This document shows, one piece after another, positions 50,010 to 59,623 of a DNA stretch of 64,000 bases. Within the stretch, counting starts at the first letter, position 1. Every line of letters starts with the position of its first letter. Origin of the DNA: an uncultured archaeon (GTDB lineage: Archaea; Iainarchaeota; Iainarchaeia; Iainarchaeales; DATDZZ01); assembly GCA_964373795.1 (NCBI GenBank), contig CAYJVY010000007.1, positions 21,385-85,384 on the forward strand. Reading direction: 5' to 3'. The notes under the pieces were generated by a model. The model worked only from the letters and a program-made list of their open reading frames with translations. It was not told the origin of the DNA and did no database searches. A program made the position numbers and the translations under genes.

Positions 50010-51002
50010 TTATTTCCCCTTTTTATTAAAGTATTTTTCATACCATTTAAAAGTTTTTCCAAGTCCTTCATCTAAATTTGTTTTTGGTTTAAAACCTAAA
50101 TCTACAAGCCTTGATATATCTGGGCATCTTCTTGAAACACTTCCTTTTGGAGCTGGATGAATGTCTATTTCTGGATTTACGTTTGCAATTGTGAAAATTT
50201 TTTTTGCTAAATTCATTATTTTGATTTCTTCATCACTTCTTCCAATGTGAATTGTTTGAGCAGTTGTTTTAGGGCTTTCCATTACAATTTGTGTTGCTTC
50301 AATTGCGTCATCAATGAAGCAAAAAGTTCTAGTTTCTTGCCCTCCAAATATTTTGAATGGATTTTCTTTTTTCACTATTCGTTCAATAAATTGAGGAATT
50401 ACATGTTCTTCCCCCATTCGCGGACCATAAATATTGTGATATCTGATAATGCAAAAATTCATTTTATGCAAATGGTGGTAACAATTTAATGTTACTTCAT
50501 TCATTATTTTGCTTGCGCCGTATGACCATCTAACATTTGATGGATTATCAATGCAGAGGGGAACGTTTTCTGGAGTTGGAATTGGGAATTTTTTTCCTAA
50601 AATCTTTAAAGTTCCTGCATAGGTTTCAGAACTTGAAGAAAACAATATTTTTCCGTGCTTTGATTTAACAAACCAATCCAATAAATTGATTGTTCCAATT
50701 ACTCCTACTTTAATTACTTTGTCTGGAATTTTGTAAAAATTTTCAGTTCCATTAATTGCAGCTAAATGGTAAACAAAATCATATTTTTTTTCTAATTTTG
50801 AAAATTCATTTGCATTAGTAATATCCATTTTAATGAAATCAGTGTTTTTGTTTTCTAAGAGTTGTTTAAACTCTTTATCTTTTTTTCCTCTAGCAAAATT
50901 ATCCATTATGGTTACATGGTATTTTTCTGCTAATTTTTTGGATAAATGAAATCCAATAAATCCTGCTCCGCCTGTAACTAAAACAGTTTTTAATGTATTC
51001 AT
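50010..51002 (-). CDS. NAD-dependent sugar epimerase/dehydratase (extended SDR)
   Basis: [23 protein letters not shown]. Its first 17 codons plus about 55 bp of upstream sequence are nearly identical to those of the rmlB gene at 63337. Confidence 0.75.
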   Translation of the reverse strand: MNTLKTVLVTGGAGFIGFHLSKKLAEKYHVTIMDNFARGKKDKEFKQLLENKNTDFIKMDITNANEFSKLEKKYDFVYHLAAINGTENFYKIPDKVIKVGVIGTINLLDWFVKSKHGKILFSSSSETYAGTLKILGKKFPIPTPENVPLCIDNPSNVRWSYGASKIMNEVTLNCYHHLHKMNFCIIRYHNIYGPRMGEEHVIPQFIERIVKKENPFKIFGGQETRTFCFIDDAIEATQIVMESPKTTAQTIHIGRSDEEIKIMNLAKKIFTIANVNPEIDIHPAPKGSVSRRCPDISRLVDLGFKPKTNLDEGLGKTFKWYEKYFNKKGK

Positions 51003-51057
51003 GTTATTATTTAACTAGAAGTTAAAGTTTTTATATCCTAGTAATACAAACTTGTAA
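50953..51057 (-). repeat. promoter + 5'-CDS cassette; inverted copy of 63281..63387
   Basis: About 105 bp at roughly 93% identity, covering the upstream region and codons 1-17 ([17 protein letters not shown]). Compared by eye. Confidence 0.6.
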
Positions 51058-51168
51058 TACTTGTTTTAAGTAATTGTTTGAGTTTTTGTACTAATAAACC
51101 TTTTTAAAGTTTTATTGAATTAACTGTACTATTAAATTTTAATTAAAAATAATTAATAAATAAAAAAA

Positions 51169-52410
51169 GTGAAAAAGTTGGAAAAAATAGCAATTTTAGG
51201 AATTGGAAGAGTTGGCTTGCCCTTATCATTGATTATTGCGGAAACAGGTTTTACAGTTTATGGAATTGATGTAAGAGAAGATTATGTTAATTTAATTAAA
51301 TCTAAGAAAATGCCTTTTGTTGAAGAAGAAGCACAAGAATTGCTTGAAAAACAGGTTGGGAAAAACTTTTTTCCCACAACTGAAATAAAACATTTATCTG
51401 AAGTTGACATAATTATTTTAACTCTTGGAACTCCTGTAGATGAGCACTTAAATCCGGATTTCAAGCAAATTAATTCTGTTTTACATGACTTGAAAGACAA
51501 GCTTCGAAAAGGGCAATTAATTATTTTGCGTTCAACTGTTTCTCCTGGTACAACTGAATATATTAAGGAATTTATTGAAAAAAATACTTCTTTTCAAGTT
51601 GGAAAAGATTTATTTTTGGCTTTTTGTCCTGAAAGAATTGCTGAAGGAAAAGCAATTGTTGAAACAAAAGAAATTCCTCAAATAATTGGAGGTATTGATA
51701 AAAAAAGTTCTGAAATGGCGAAAAACTTTTTTTCAAAAATAACTAAGGAATGCATTTTAACTGATTCTCGAAGTGCAGAATTGGCAAAAATTTTTACAAA
51801 CATGTATCGTTACATTAATTTTTCAATTTCAAATGAATTCATGATTTTGGCTGAAGAACATGAAAGAAATATTTACGAAATTCTGCATTTAATTAATTAC
51901 AATTATAAGCGTGGAGGAGTAAAATCCCCTGGATATACTGCTGGGCCTTGCCTTTACAAGGATGGATTTTTTTTAGTTAACACAATGCCTTTCACTGAAT
52001 TAATTTCCACTAGTTGGAAAATAAATGAAACTACTCCATTGTATCTTTTGAAAAAAGTTAAAGAAATGAAGGGAAGCTTGAAAGGAAAAAAAGTTGTAAT
52101 TCTTGGAATGAGTTTTAAAGCAGATATTGATGATACTCGTAATTCTTTGAGTTTTAAAATTAAAAATGCATTAATTCAGGAAAACACTGCAACAGTATGC
52201 CATGACCCATTAGTTAAGGAATTCAATTCTGATTTAAGCAATACATTAAAAGACGCAGATGTATTGTTCATTGGAATAAATCATTCTTTTTACAAAAAAA
52301 ATCTCTCAATTGATTTTCTTAAAAAATTAGTGAAAAAGGATTGCATTGTTTGTGATATTTGGAATTTACTTGGCAAAACAAAAATTTGTTATTCTCTGAA
52401 AGAAGTTTAA
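51169..52410 (+). CDS. nucleotide-sugar dehydrogenase (UDP-Glc/GDP-Man/UDP-ManNAc dehydrogenase family)
   Basis: GTG start. IAILGIGRVGLPLS Rossmann motif and GPCLYKD catalytic Cys motif. Confidence 0.8.
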   Translation: MKKLEKIAILGIGRVGLPLSLIIAETGFTVYGIDVREDYVNLIKSKKMPFVEEEAQELLEKQVGKNFFPTTEIKHLSEVDIIILTLGTPVDEHLNPDFKQINSVLHDLKDKLRKGQLIILRSTVSPGTTEYIKEFIEKNTSFQVGKDLFLAFCPERIAEGKAIVETKEIPQIIGGIDKKSSEMAKNFFSKITKECILTDSRSAELAKIFTNMYRYINFSISNEFMILAEEHERNIYEILHLINYNYKRGGVKSPGYTAGPCLYKDGFFLVNTMPFTELISTSWKINETTPLYLLKKVKEMKGSLKGKKVVILGMSFKADIDDTRNSLSFKIKNALIQENTATVCHDPLVKEFNSDLSNTLKDADVLFIGINHSFYKKNLSIDFLKKLVKKDCIVCDIWNLLGKTKICYSLKEV

Positions 52411-53352
52411 TTATTTTTTTTTGAATTCTTCTTTTAATGTTTGAATTGTTTTTTTCATTCCGGAATTAAAATCTGTTTTTGCAGTGAATCCTAGAGCTTG
52501 TTTTGAAAGTGAAGTGTTTGCAATAATTTTTTGAATTTCTGTTGCAACATTTTCTTTATGGTTTAAAGGAACATTTGTTTCAAGTAATTCATTTATTTTC
52601 ATAACTAGTTCATTTAAAGTAGTGCTTTCGCCAGTTCCAATATTGAACGATTTTCCATCCATATTTTTTGGAGCCTTTGCTGCTTTAATGAATCCTTTAA
52701 CTATGTCTGAAACAAATACAAAATCTCTTTCTTGAGTTCCATCTCCATTAATTGAAGGAGCTTTTCCTTGAAGTATTTGCTCAGCAAAAATTGATATTAC
52801 TCTATTTTTCATTCTAGGCCCATAGGCATTGAAGATCCTTAAACAAATAGTTGGCAATCCTTTAACATCGTTAAAAAATTTTGCATAAAATTCACCCATA
52901 ACTTTAGTGAATCCATAAGGGCTGTTTGGTTTGAATGGATCTGTTTCAGGAGTTGGATCATGTTCTGGTTCACCATAAATAATGCAAGTACTTGGAAACA
53001 AAAATCTTTCAACAGAGTTTTCATGACAAGCTTTTAAGACATTCAAAGTTCCCCCGATGTTAACCGAGTTATATGCTTCTGGAATTTTAATTGATTCTCC
53101 AACATAACTTAATGCAGCCATGTGAAAAACAAACTTTGAATCCTTTACAGCGTTATTTATTTCATTAAAGTTTCTTATATCTCCTTTAAGTATTTTAACC
53201 TCGTTTTTTACTTTCTCGAGATTTTGCATGAAGCCTGTACTAAAATTATCGAAAACTGTTACTTCAAAATTTTCTTTAACTAGTCTTTCCACTAAATGGC
53301 TTCCAATAAATCCTGCTCCACCTGTTACAACTACTTTTTCAGTCATAAGCAT
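52411..53352 (-). CDS. NAD-dependent sugar epimerase/dehydratase (UDP-hexose 4-epimerase-like)
   Basis: [27 protein letters not shown]. Confidence 0.75.
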   Translation of the reverse strand: MLMTEKVVVTGGAGFIGSHLVERLVKENFEVTVFDNFSTGFMQNLEKVKNEVKILKGDIRNFNEINNAVKDSKFVFHMAALSYVGESIKIPEAYNSVNIGGTLNVLKACHENSVERFLFPSTCIIYGEPEHDPTPETDPFKPNSPYGFTKVMGEFYAKFFNDVKGLPTICLRIFNAYGPRMKNRVISIFAEQILQGKAPSINGDGTQERDFVFVSDIVKGFIKAAKAPKNMDGKSFNIGTGESTTLNELVMKINELLETNVPLNHKENVATEIQKIIANTSLSKQALGFTAKTDFNSGMKKTIQTLKEEFKKK

Positions 53353-53405
53353 TTTGAATTCAAATAGTATTTTAAAGTTTTTTAAGCACAGTCTTGGTTG
53401 TTGTT

Positions 53406-54665
53406 ATGAGCAAATTTTTTGAAGTAAAGGAATGCAGAATTTGTAATTCAACTAATTTGAAAAAATATTTGGATTTAGGTGAAATGCCTTTAGCAAATGC
53501 ATTGGTTGATCTTTCAAGTAAAGAAAAAGACTTGTTTTTTCCATTGCAGTTATTGTTTTGCAAGAATTGCTTTTTGACTCAATTAAGTGTAGTTGTAAAT
53601 CCTGAAATATTGTTTTCAAATTATCCTTATCAAACATCTATTTCGAGTACTTTTCAAAAGCATTTTTTTGAAATGTCTAAAGAGGTTGCAAAACTTTTTC
53701 CCAAAAAAAATGAATGCCTTGTATTAGATATTGCAAGCAACGATGGCTGTTTATTAGAGCAATTCAAAAAAACTGGTTTCAAAGTTTTAGGAGTTGAACC
53801 CGCAAAAAATTTAGCCAAAATTGCTGAAGAAAAAGGAATTCCAACTATTCCCGAGTTTTGGAATGAGGGCGTAAGAGAAAAAATTATTTCAAATTATGGC
53901 AAGCCACTGGTTGTAACTGCTACAAATGTTTTTGCACATGTTCACGATGTTAAATCTTTTGCTGAAAATGTTAAAGAGGTTTTAACAACTGATGGAGTTT
54001 TTATTCTTGAATTTCCTTATGCATTAAATTTGTTTGAGAAAACAGAGTTTGATACAATTTATCATGAACATTTATCTTATTTTTTAGTTCATCCTTTAAT
54101 TACTTTGTTTAATGGCCTTGAAATGCAGGTATTTAATATTCAAGAAATTCCAATTCACGGAGGAAGTATTAGAGTTTTTGTTAAAAAATCTGAAAATAAA
54201 AAAATTAAAGTGAATGAAAAAGTAATTAACGAGTTTTTGGAAAGAGAAAAAAAGCATGGCCTGAATGAATTTAAATCATATGCTTCTTTTGCAGTAAAAG
54301 TTGGAAAAGTAAAAAAAGCTTTCACTAATTTGTTGAATAAATTAAAAGGTGAAAAAAAATTTGTTGCAGGTTTTGCAGCTGCAGCCAAAGCAAGTACTTT
54401 AATGCATTATTGTAAAGTTGGAAAAGAGCATATTAGGTTTATTATTGATGACGCTCCATTTAAACAAAACAAGGCTTTTTCAGGAAATCGAGTTCCAATT
54501 TATTCAAGGGCAAGGCTTGCTGATAACCCGGATTATTTGATCCTGTTTGCTTGGACTATTGCTGGAGAATTGATTAAAAAAACTAGAGAGCGAGGATTTA
54601 AAGGCAAATTTATTATTCCAATTCCTTTTCCAAGAATTATTTTGAGTGAATCTGAATTGCTTTGA
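53406..54665 (+). CDS. NDP-hexose C-methyltransferase (TylCIII-like), paralog 2
   Basis: CRICNSTN…CKNCFLTQ, VLDIASNDG, and a C-terminal FKGKFIIPIPFPRII. About 35-40% identical to ORF 48793. The ORF track starts at TTG 53394; the ATG is at 53406. Confidence 0.75.
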   Translation: MSKFFEVKECRICNSTNLKKYLDLGEMPLANALVDLSSKEKDLFFPLQLLFCKNCFLTQLSVVVNPEILFSNYPYQTSISSTFQKHFFEMSKEVAKLFPKKNECLVLDIASNDGCLLEQFKKTGFKVLGVEPAKNLAKIAEEKGIPTIPEFWNEGVREKIISNYGKPLVVTATNVFAHVHDVKSFAENVKEVLTTDGVFILEFPYALNLFEKTEFDTIYHEHLSYFLVHPLITLFNGLEMQVFNIQEIPIHGGSIRVFVKKSENKKIKVNEKVINEFLEREKKHGLNEFKSYASFAVKVGKVKKAFTNLLNKLKGEKKFVAGFAAAAKASTLMHYCKVGKEHIRFIIDDAPFKQNKAFSGNRVPIYSRARLADNPDYLILFAWTIAGELIKKTRERGFKGKFIIPIPFPRIILSESELL

Positions 54666-54679
54666 TCAATGGTTACTAT

Positions 54680-56140
54680 CTAGGTTTTTTGAAGTGTCTC
54701 ATTCCCACTAAGTTTAATTAAGACATATTCCTTTATTTTTTTTATATAATGCAAAATTATTTTAGGGTCTTTAAATACTATTTTTAATTTATGTCTTATT
54801 AATTTGGGTGTTGCAGAAAAAGTTATTTCCACTGGAAGTTTAGTATTATATTGTTCAACTTCTTTTCTAGTAAAATTGGTTCCAACAAGTCCTGTTTTTT
54901 CCAAAGCTTCTTCATAAGAATCTCCTTTTAGAGTGCCTTCTTTTATTCCTTCTTCCCAAAGAGCGGTTCCAGGAATGGGTGTTGCAGAAGCCATACTAAT
55001 TGACACGGGTTTTACTTTTTTGAAAAAATTCAATGTTTTTTGTAGTGTTTGAGTTGTTTCACCAGGTAAAAGGCTTATGGAAAATAAATGTAGTATAATG
55101 TCATACTTTTTTCCTAAAGCAATTGCTTTTTCAACACTTTCTAATTTTCCATGTTTATTAGCTCTATCAAGAATTTCTTGTGCTGCAGATTCAAAACCCA
55201 CTCCAATCCACATGCATCTCGATCTTTTTAATGCATCCATTATTTCATCGTTCAGGAACTCACTTCTAGTTTGAATTATGTAAGTTAAGTTTGGAAATTT
55301 TTTCTCAAGATAGTCACAAATTTTTAAAGTTCTTGTTTTATTTAGTGTAAAAATTTCATCTGAAAATGCAAAACTTTTCAAACCTTTTTTACTAAGATAT
55401 TCAATTTCTTTAAAAACATCTTCAAGATTTCTTTCCCTATATTTTTTGTTTAATATTTTTGAAGAACAATAATTGCAACTATAAACGCATCCTCTTGTAG
55501 AAACTATTTGAAAAAGATCTCCTGAATTTGTTGAAAAATATTTTTCCACAGGAAGAATTGAATAATCGGCTGCCATAATTTGTTGCATGTCTGGAAGTTC
55601 TTGTGAGGGGTTTCTGACAAATTCATTCCCTCTAAAAAACGAAATTCCCTTTACTTCTTTCAAGTCATTAAAATTTTTTACTATATTAAGAAAAACGATT
55701 TCTGGTTCTCCTTGTATTGCAATGTCTGCGCCAGTTTCTCTTAAAGTTTTCTCAGGAAAAATAGTTCCATGAGGACCTGAAACAACAAATTTTGTCTTAA
55801 CTCCATTTTCTTTGAGTGTGCTTAAAATCTCCTTAACATGATTTGTAAATGGAATATTACATCTTGCAGAAATCCATACTTCAGTAGGAATTAAAATTAT
55901 GTCCGGATTGAAGTCTTTGACCATTTCTATTATTTCAATATTTGAAAGTTTTTGAATAGTTGGATCTAAAGCCAATATATCATTAAATCCAGACTTCTTC
56001 AATAAAGCACTAATATGGAAAAACTCATTTGGACATTTAGGAGCTGTATTTATTATCATTGCAGTATTCCTTGAAAGCGCTATCTGTGATTTTGAAAATG
56101 AGCTTAAAGCAACTCGTGGGTTTAATAAAAGAATTTTCAT
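54680..56140 (-). CDS. B12-binding domain radical SAM protein
   Basis: CxxxCxxC at RGCVYSCNYCSS, with an N-terminal cobalamin-binding-like domain (MKILLLNP…). The ORF-track extension to 56335 is low-complexity and probably untranslated. Confidence 0.7.
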   Translation of the reverse strand: MKILLLNPRVALSSFSKSQIALSRNTAMIINTAPKCPNEFFHISALLKKSGFNDILALDPTIQKLSNIEIIEMVKDFNPDIILIPTEVWISARCNIPFTNHVKEILSTLKENGVKTKFVVSGPHGTIFPEKTLRETGADIAIQGEPEIVFLNIVKNFNDLKEVKGISFFRGNEFVRNPSQELPDMQQIMAADYSILPVEKYFSTNSGDLFQIVSTRGCVYSCNYCSSKILNKKYRERNLEDVFKEIEYLSKKGLKSFAFSDEIFTLNKTRTLKICDYLEKKFPNLTYIIQTRSEFLNDEIMDALKRSRCMWIGVGFESAAQEILDRANKHGKLESVEKAIALGKKYDIILHLFSISLLPGETTQTLQKTLNFFKKVKPVSISMASATPIPGTALWEEGIKEGTLKGDSYEEALEKTGLVGTNFTRKEVEQYNTKLPVEITFSATPKLIRHKLKIVFKDPKIILHYIKKIKEYVLIKLSGNETLQKT

Positions 56141-56503
56141 TAAAAAACTCCAAATGATATTTGACTTTGATTTAAATTTGTTGTATGAAAATATACTTCT
56201 TATTAAATAATTTGAATTATATTTATTGTATCTTAAAAAGTATTTAAACCTTTCTTTAGGTTGATGCTTTGTTTTATCCCAACTTAGGTTCCCTATATTT
56301 TTAACTATTACGTGGCCATCAAAACAAGAGTTCATAATTCATAAACAAGCGGCAAACTAGAACGCTGGTTTGGGACTGCAAAAAAACTCAAAAAACATTT
56401 TGGCAGAGGGAACATTAATTCAGAACAATACAAGAGCAGTGTTGAACCAAAACACTTAAAAACATTAAAAAAATACATATTTAAGAAAAACTTTTTGATT
56501 TTC

Positions 56504-57391
56504 ATGGCGGAACGCGGAAAACTAGTTTCAATTATTTTAATTAATTGGAATAACTATGACATGACTAAAAACTGCATTAAATCGATTAAGCAAAACACTG
56601 ATTATTCTAATTATGAAATTTATTTGATTGATAATGGTTCAACTGATGGAAGTTTTGAAAAATTGAAAAAAGAATTCAAGGATTTGAAGACAATTGTGAA
56701 TTCTCGTAATAAGGGATTTGCTTATGCCTTAAATCAAGGCTATAAAACTGCTAAAGGATTTTATTTATCCCATATCAATAACGATGCAATTGTTTTAAAT
56801 GGATGGCTTTCAGCTGCAATTAAAGTGCTTGAATCAAATTCAAAAATTGCTATTGCAGGCTTTAGAGAAGTATCTTTAGAACAATCAAAGAATGCTGAAG
56901 AATTGAAAAAAATTCGGGAAGAGCCAGACATTGAAAAAATGACTTTGCCTGTTGGATGGGTTACTAAAAAGAAAATGATTCAAAAAATTGGTTACTTGGA
57001 TGCTGAGTTTTTTTCTCCAATTTATGGAGAAGAAGCTGACTGGAATTTTAGGGCGAGAAACATGGGTTATAAAATTGTTCGCGTAAGTAAAGCAAACGTA
57101 GTGCATTTTAGTTCAGTTGATACTAAAAAACATTTAGGTTACTCTAAATACCTTGTTTTAATTAATTATCACAGATTAAGAGCAATGTTATTTAATTTGT
57201 CTTTACTTGATTTGCTTAGATTTGTTCCGGGACTTGGATTAATTTTATTTAATTCTGTTTGGCAGGGAACACTTATTCCATTGCTTAAATCTTATTGGCT
57301 AAATTTAATGGATTGGAAATTAATTTTAAAGCAAAGAAAATTTAAAAGAAGGTTTATTCCTTTTAAGGACGAAAAGTTTACAGTAATTTAA
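56504..57391 (+). CDS. glycosyltransferase family 2
   Basis: LVSIILINWNN…YLIDNGSTDGS and a DxD-like NNDAIV. Confidence 0.7.
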   Translation: MAERGKLVSIILINWNNYDMTKNCIKSIKQNTDYSNYEIYLIDNGSTDGSFEKLKKEFKDLKTIVNSRNKGFAYALNQGYKTAKGFYLSHINNDAIVLNGWLSAAIKVLESNSKIAIAGFREVSLEQSKNAEELKKIREEPDIEKMTLPVGWVTKKKMIQKIGYLDAEFFSPIYGEEADWNFRARNMGYKIVRVSKANVVHFSSVDTKKHLGYSKYLVLINYHRLRAMLFNLSLLDLLRFVPGLGLILFNSVWQGTLIPLLKSYWLNLMDWKLILKQRKFKRRFIPFKDEKFTVI

Positions 57392-57430
57392 TATACTTAT
57401 GGATGAATAAATTATTTACGAGGATAGGAA

Positions 57431-58492
57431 ATGTTTCAATCAAAACAAGCCTTAATAGCAAAAACCCTTGAGAGAGGGGGTTTGGCTGGATTAACTAATT
57501 TAGCTTTAAGGTATTATGAAAGAAATAATCAACCAGACAAACCTCATTTTGTTCCAACTGCTTTGCAAATAGAAGTTACAACTGCTTGTAACTTGAAGTG
57601 CACAATGTGTGAGCATACTTACATGCAGGAAGTTGGAGGACACTTTGGTTTTAAGGAGTTCAAAAAATTATTGGATGACAATCCCACAATTCAAGTAATT
57701 AATTTAACTGGAATTGGAGAAGCTTTAATGAATCCAGAATTTTTGGAAATGGTTGAATATGCTAAAAAGAAAGGAATTTATGTATGGTTTTCAGATAATT
57801 TTACTTTAATGATTGAAAAAAACATTCAAAAAATTATAGATGTAGGGGTTGACTTTGTAGTTATTTCTTTGGATGGAACAACAAAAGAAGTGTTTGAAAA
57901 AATAAGGGTTGCAGCGAACTTTGAAAAAGTAATAGGGAATTTAAAAAATTTAATTAAAATGAGAAATGAGAGAGGATTAAAAACTCCTTTAATTGGAATT
58001 AACATGGTTGTAATGAATGAAAACTATCACCAAATTGCTGACATGGTTAAACTTGCAAATGAACTTGGAGTAGATAAATTAATGTTTATAACAATTGTTT
58101 TATCTGATACAACTGGAAATTTATCTTTGTGGAGTGTGCCCAAAGACAAACTTCAAGCAGAAGTTGAAAAAGCAAAAAAAGCTGCTGAAGGAACAAGTAT
58201 ACAAGTAATTAGTTGGCCAAATGTTTCACCTGAAAGAAAAAAAGAAACAGGTTGCGACTATCCTTGGAGTAATCCCTACATTACATATAATGGAGATGTA
58301 GTTCCTTGTTGTTTTATTCCACAACAAACAGGTGCTCGTACAAATTCAGAAAATCTTATGGGAAACATTTTGAAAGAAGACTTGAAAAAAATTTGGGTAA
58401 ACGAAAAATACGAAGAATTTAGAAAAAAAATTAAATCTAAAGATCCTCCAACTTCTTGTAAGTCTTGCCCGAAATTTTATGGACAAATTTAA
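57431..58492 (+). CDS. radical SAM enzyme with C-terminal SPASM/twitch Cys-rich domain
   Basis: TTACNLKCTMCEH (CxxxCxxC) and a C-terminal GCDYPW…VPCCFIP…SCKSCPKFY. Confidence 0.7.
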   Translation: MFQSKQALIAKTLERGGLAGLTNLALRYYERNNQPDKPHFVPTALQIEVTTACNLKCTMCEHTYMQEVGGHFGFKEFKKLLDDNPTIQVINLTGIGEALMNPEFLEMVEYAKKKGIYVWFSDNFTLMIEKNIQKIIDVGVDFVVISLDGTTKEVFEKIRVAANFEKVIGNLKNLIKMRNERGLKTPLIGINMVVMNENYHQIADMVKLANELGVDKLMFITIVLSDTTGNLSLWSVPKDKLQAEVEKAKKAAEGTSIQVISWPNVSPERKKETGCDYPWSNPYITYNGDVVPCCFIPQQTGARTNSENLMGNILKEDLKKIWVNEKYEEFRKKIKSKDPPTSCKSCPKFYGQI

Positions 58493-58507
58493 TTTCACGC
58501 GATCTAC

Positions 58508-59623
58508 ATGAAAATTTTATATATTACTTCTGTTTTAGGAAATATTGGTGGAAGCGAGATTTATACTAGAGATTTAATTAAGGAGCTTGCAAAAAGAGGC
58601 CATGAAATTTTTGTTGTAACAAATGCTGTTTTTCAATTTCCCGAAAAAAATGTTTCAGTTTTTAAGATTCCAATTTTTGGACATCATGCTTTTCACAAAT
58701 TTCAAATGCCTTTATCATATTTTAAAATTTTGGAAAAAGTGAAAGAGTTTCAGCCTGACATAATTCAATGTCATAGTAATTCTTTAATGGGTTTGATTGG
58801 GCATATTCTTAAAAAAAAATTTCAAATCCCAATGTTTTTATTAATTGAATCAGTTAGCGATAAGAACGCCAACATTCACACTGAATTAATTTTTCGAGTT
58901 GAAAAATTTTTAATGCCAAAACTTAATTACAATAAATTAATTGTGTGGACTGAAAACATTAAAAATAAGTTTTGCATTCCTTGGGGAATTTCTGAAAAAA
59001 AGATTAAAGTAATTCCCGCAGCACTAAATTTAAATGAGTATCCCTTAAATGCAGATAAAAAAGCACTTCAAAAAAAACACGGAAAGCATTTAATTATTTC
59101 AATTAAATCTTTATGGGGAACTAATACTGAAGGATTGAAAACCATTGTTGAAGCCATGAAATTTGTTCATGAAAAACATCCTGAATATAAATATTTAATT
59201 TTTGGGTGGGGGCCAGGAAGAAAAGATTTAGAAGAACTAGCTGAAAAACTTGGCTTGCGAGATTGTGTACAATTAATGGGTGCATTTGAAAAAAATGAAA
59301 AAAATAGTATTTTTTCAGCTGCAGAAATAACTCCTCATTCACTTGTTTATGAAGTTGCAACCTCAATTTCTTTGCTTGAATGCATGGCTTTTGGAAAAGC
59401 TTGTGTAGTAACAGATATTGGTGCAATTAAAGATGTAGTAAAAGATACAGCTATTTTAGTAAAGCAAAACAATCCCAAATCAATGAGTGAAGGAATAATT
59501 AAATTAATTGAAAATACTGCATTAAGAAAAAAACTTGAAAAGAAGGCAAGAAAATTAGTTGAAAAAAAATATTCTATTCAAAGCACGGTAAATGAATTAG
59601 AAAAACTGTACTATGATGTTTGA
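58508..59623 (+). CDS. glycosyltransferase family 4
   Basis: MKILYITS…GGSEIY N-domain and a C-terminal E…CMAFGKACVVTDIG. Confidence 0.7.
   Translation: MKILYITSVLGNIGGSEIYTRDLIKELAKRGHEIFVVTNAVFQFPEKNVSVFKIPIFGHHAFHKFQMPLSYFKILEKVKEFQPDIIQCHSNSLMGLIGHILKKKFQIPMFLLIESVSDKNANIHTELIFRVEKFLMPKLNYNKLIVWTENIKNKFCIPWGISEKKIKVIPAALNLNEYPLNADKKALQKKHGKHLIISIKSLWGTNTEGLKTIVEAMKFVHEKHPEYKYLIFGWGPGRKDLEELAEKLGLRDCVQLMGAFEKNEKNSIFSAAEITPHSLVYEVATSISLLECMAFGKACVVTDIGAIKDVVKDTAILVKQNNPKSMSEGIIKLIENTALRKKLEKKARKLVEKKYSIQSTVNELEKLYYDV

Noticed and set aside
56141-56335. 65-aa N-terminal extension of the B12-radical SAM ORF
   Set aside because: The extension is N/K/Y-rich and low-complexity. The B12-binding domain begins with the canonical MKILLLNP at 56140, which I take as the real start.
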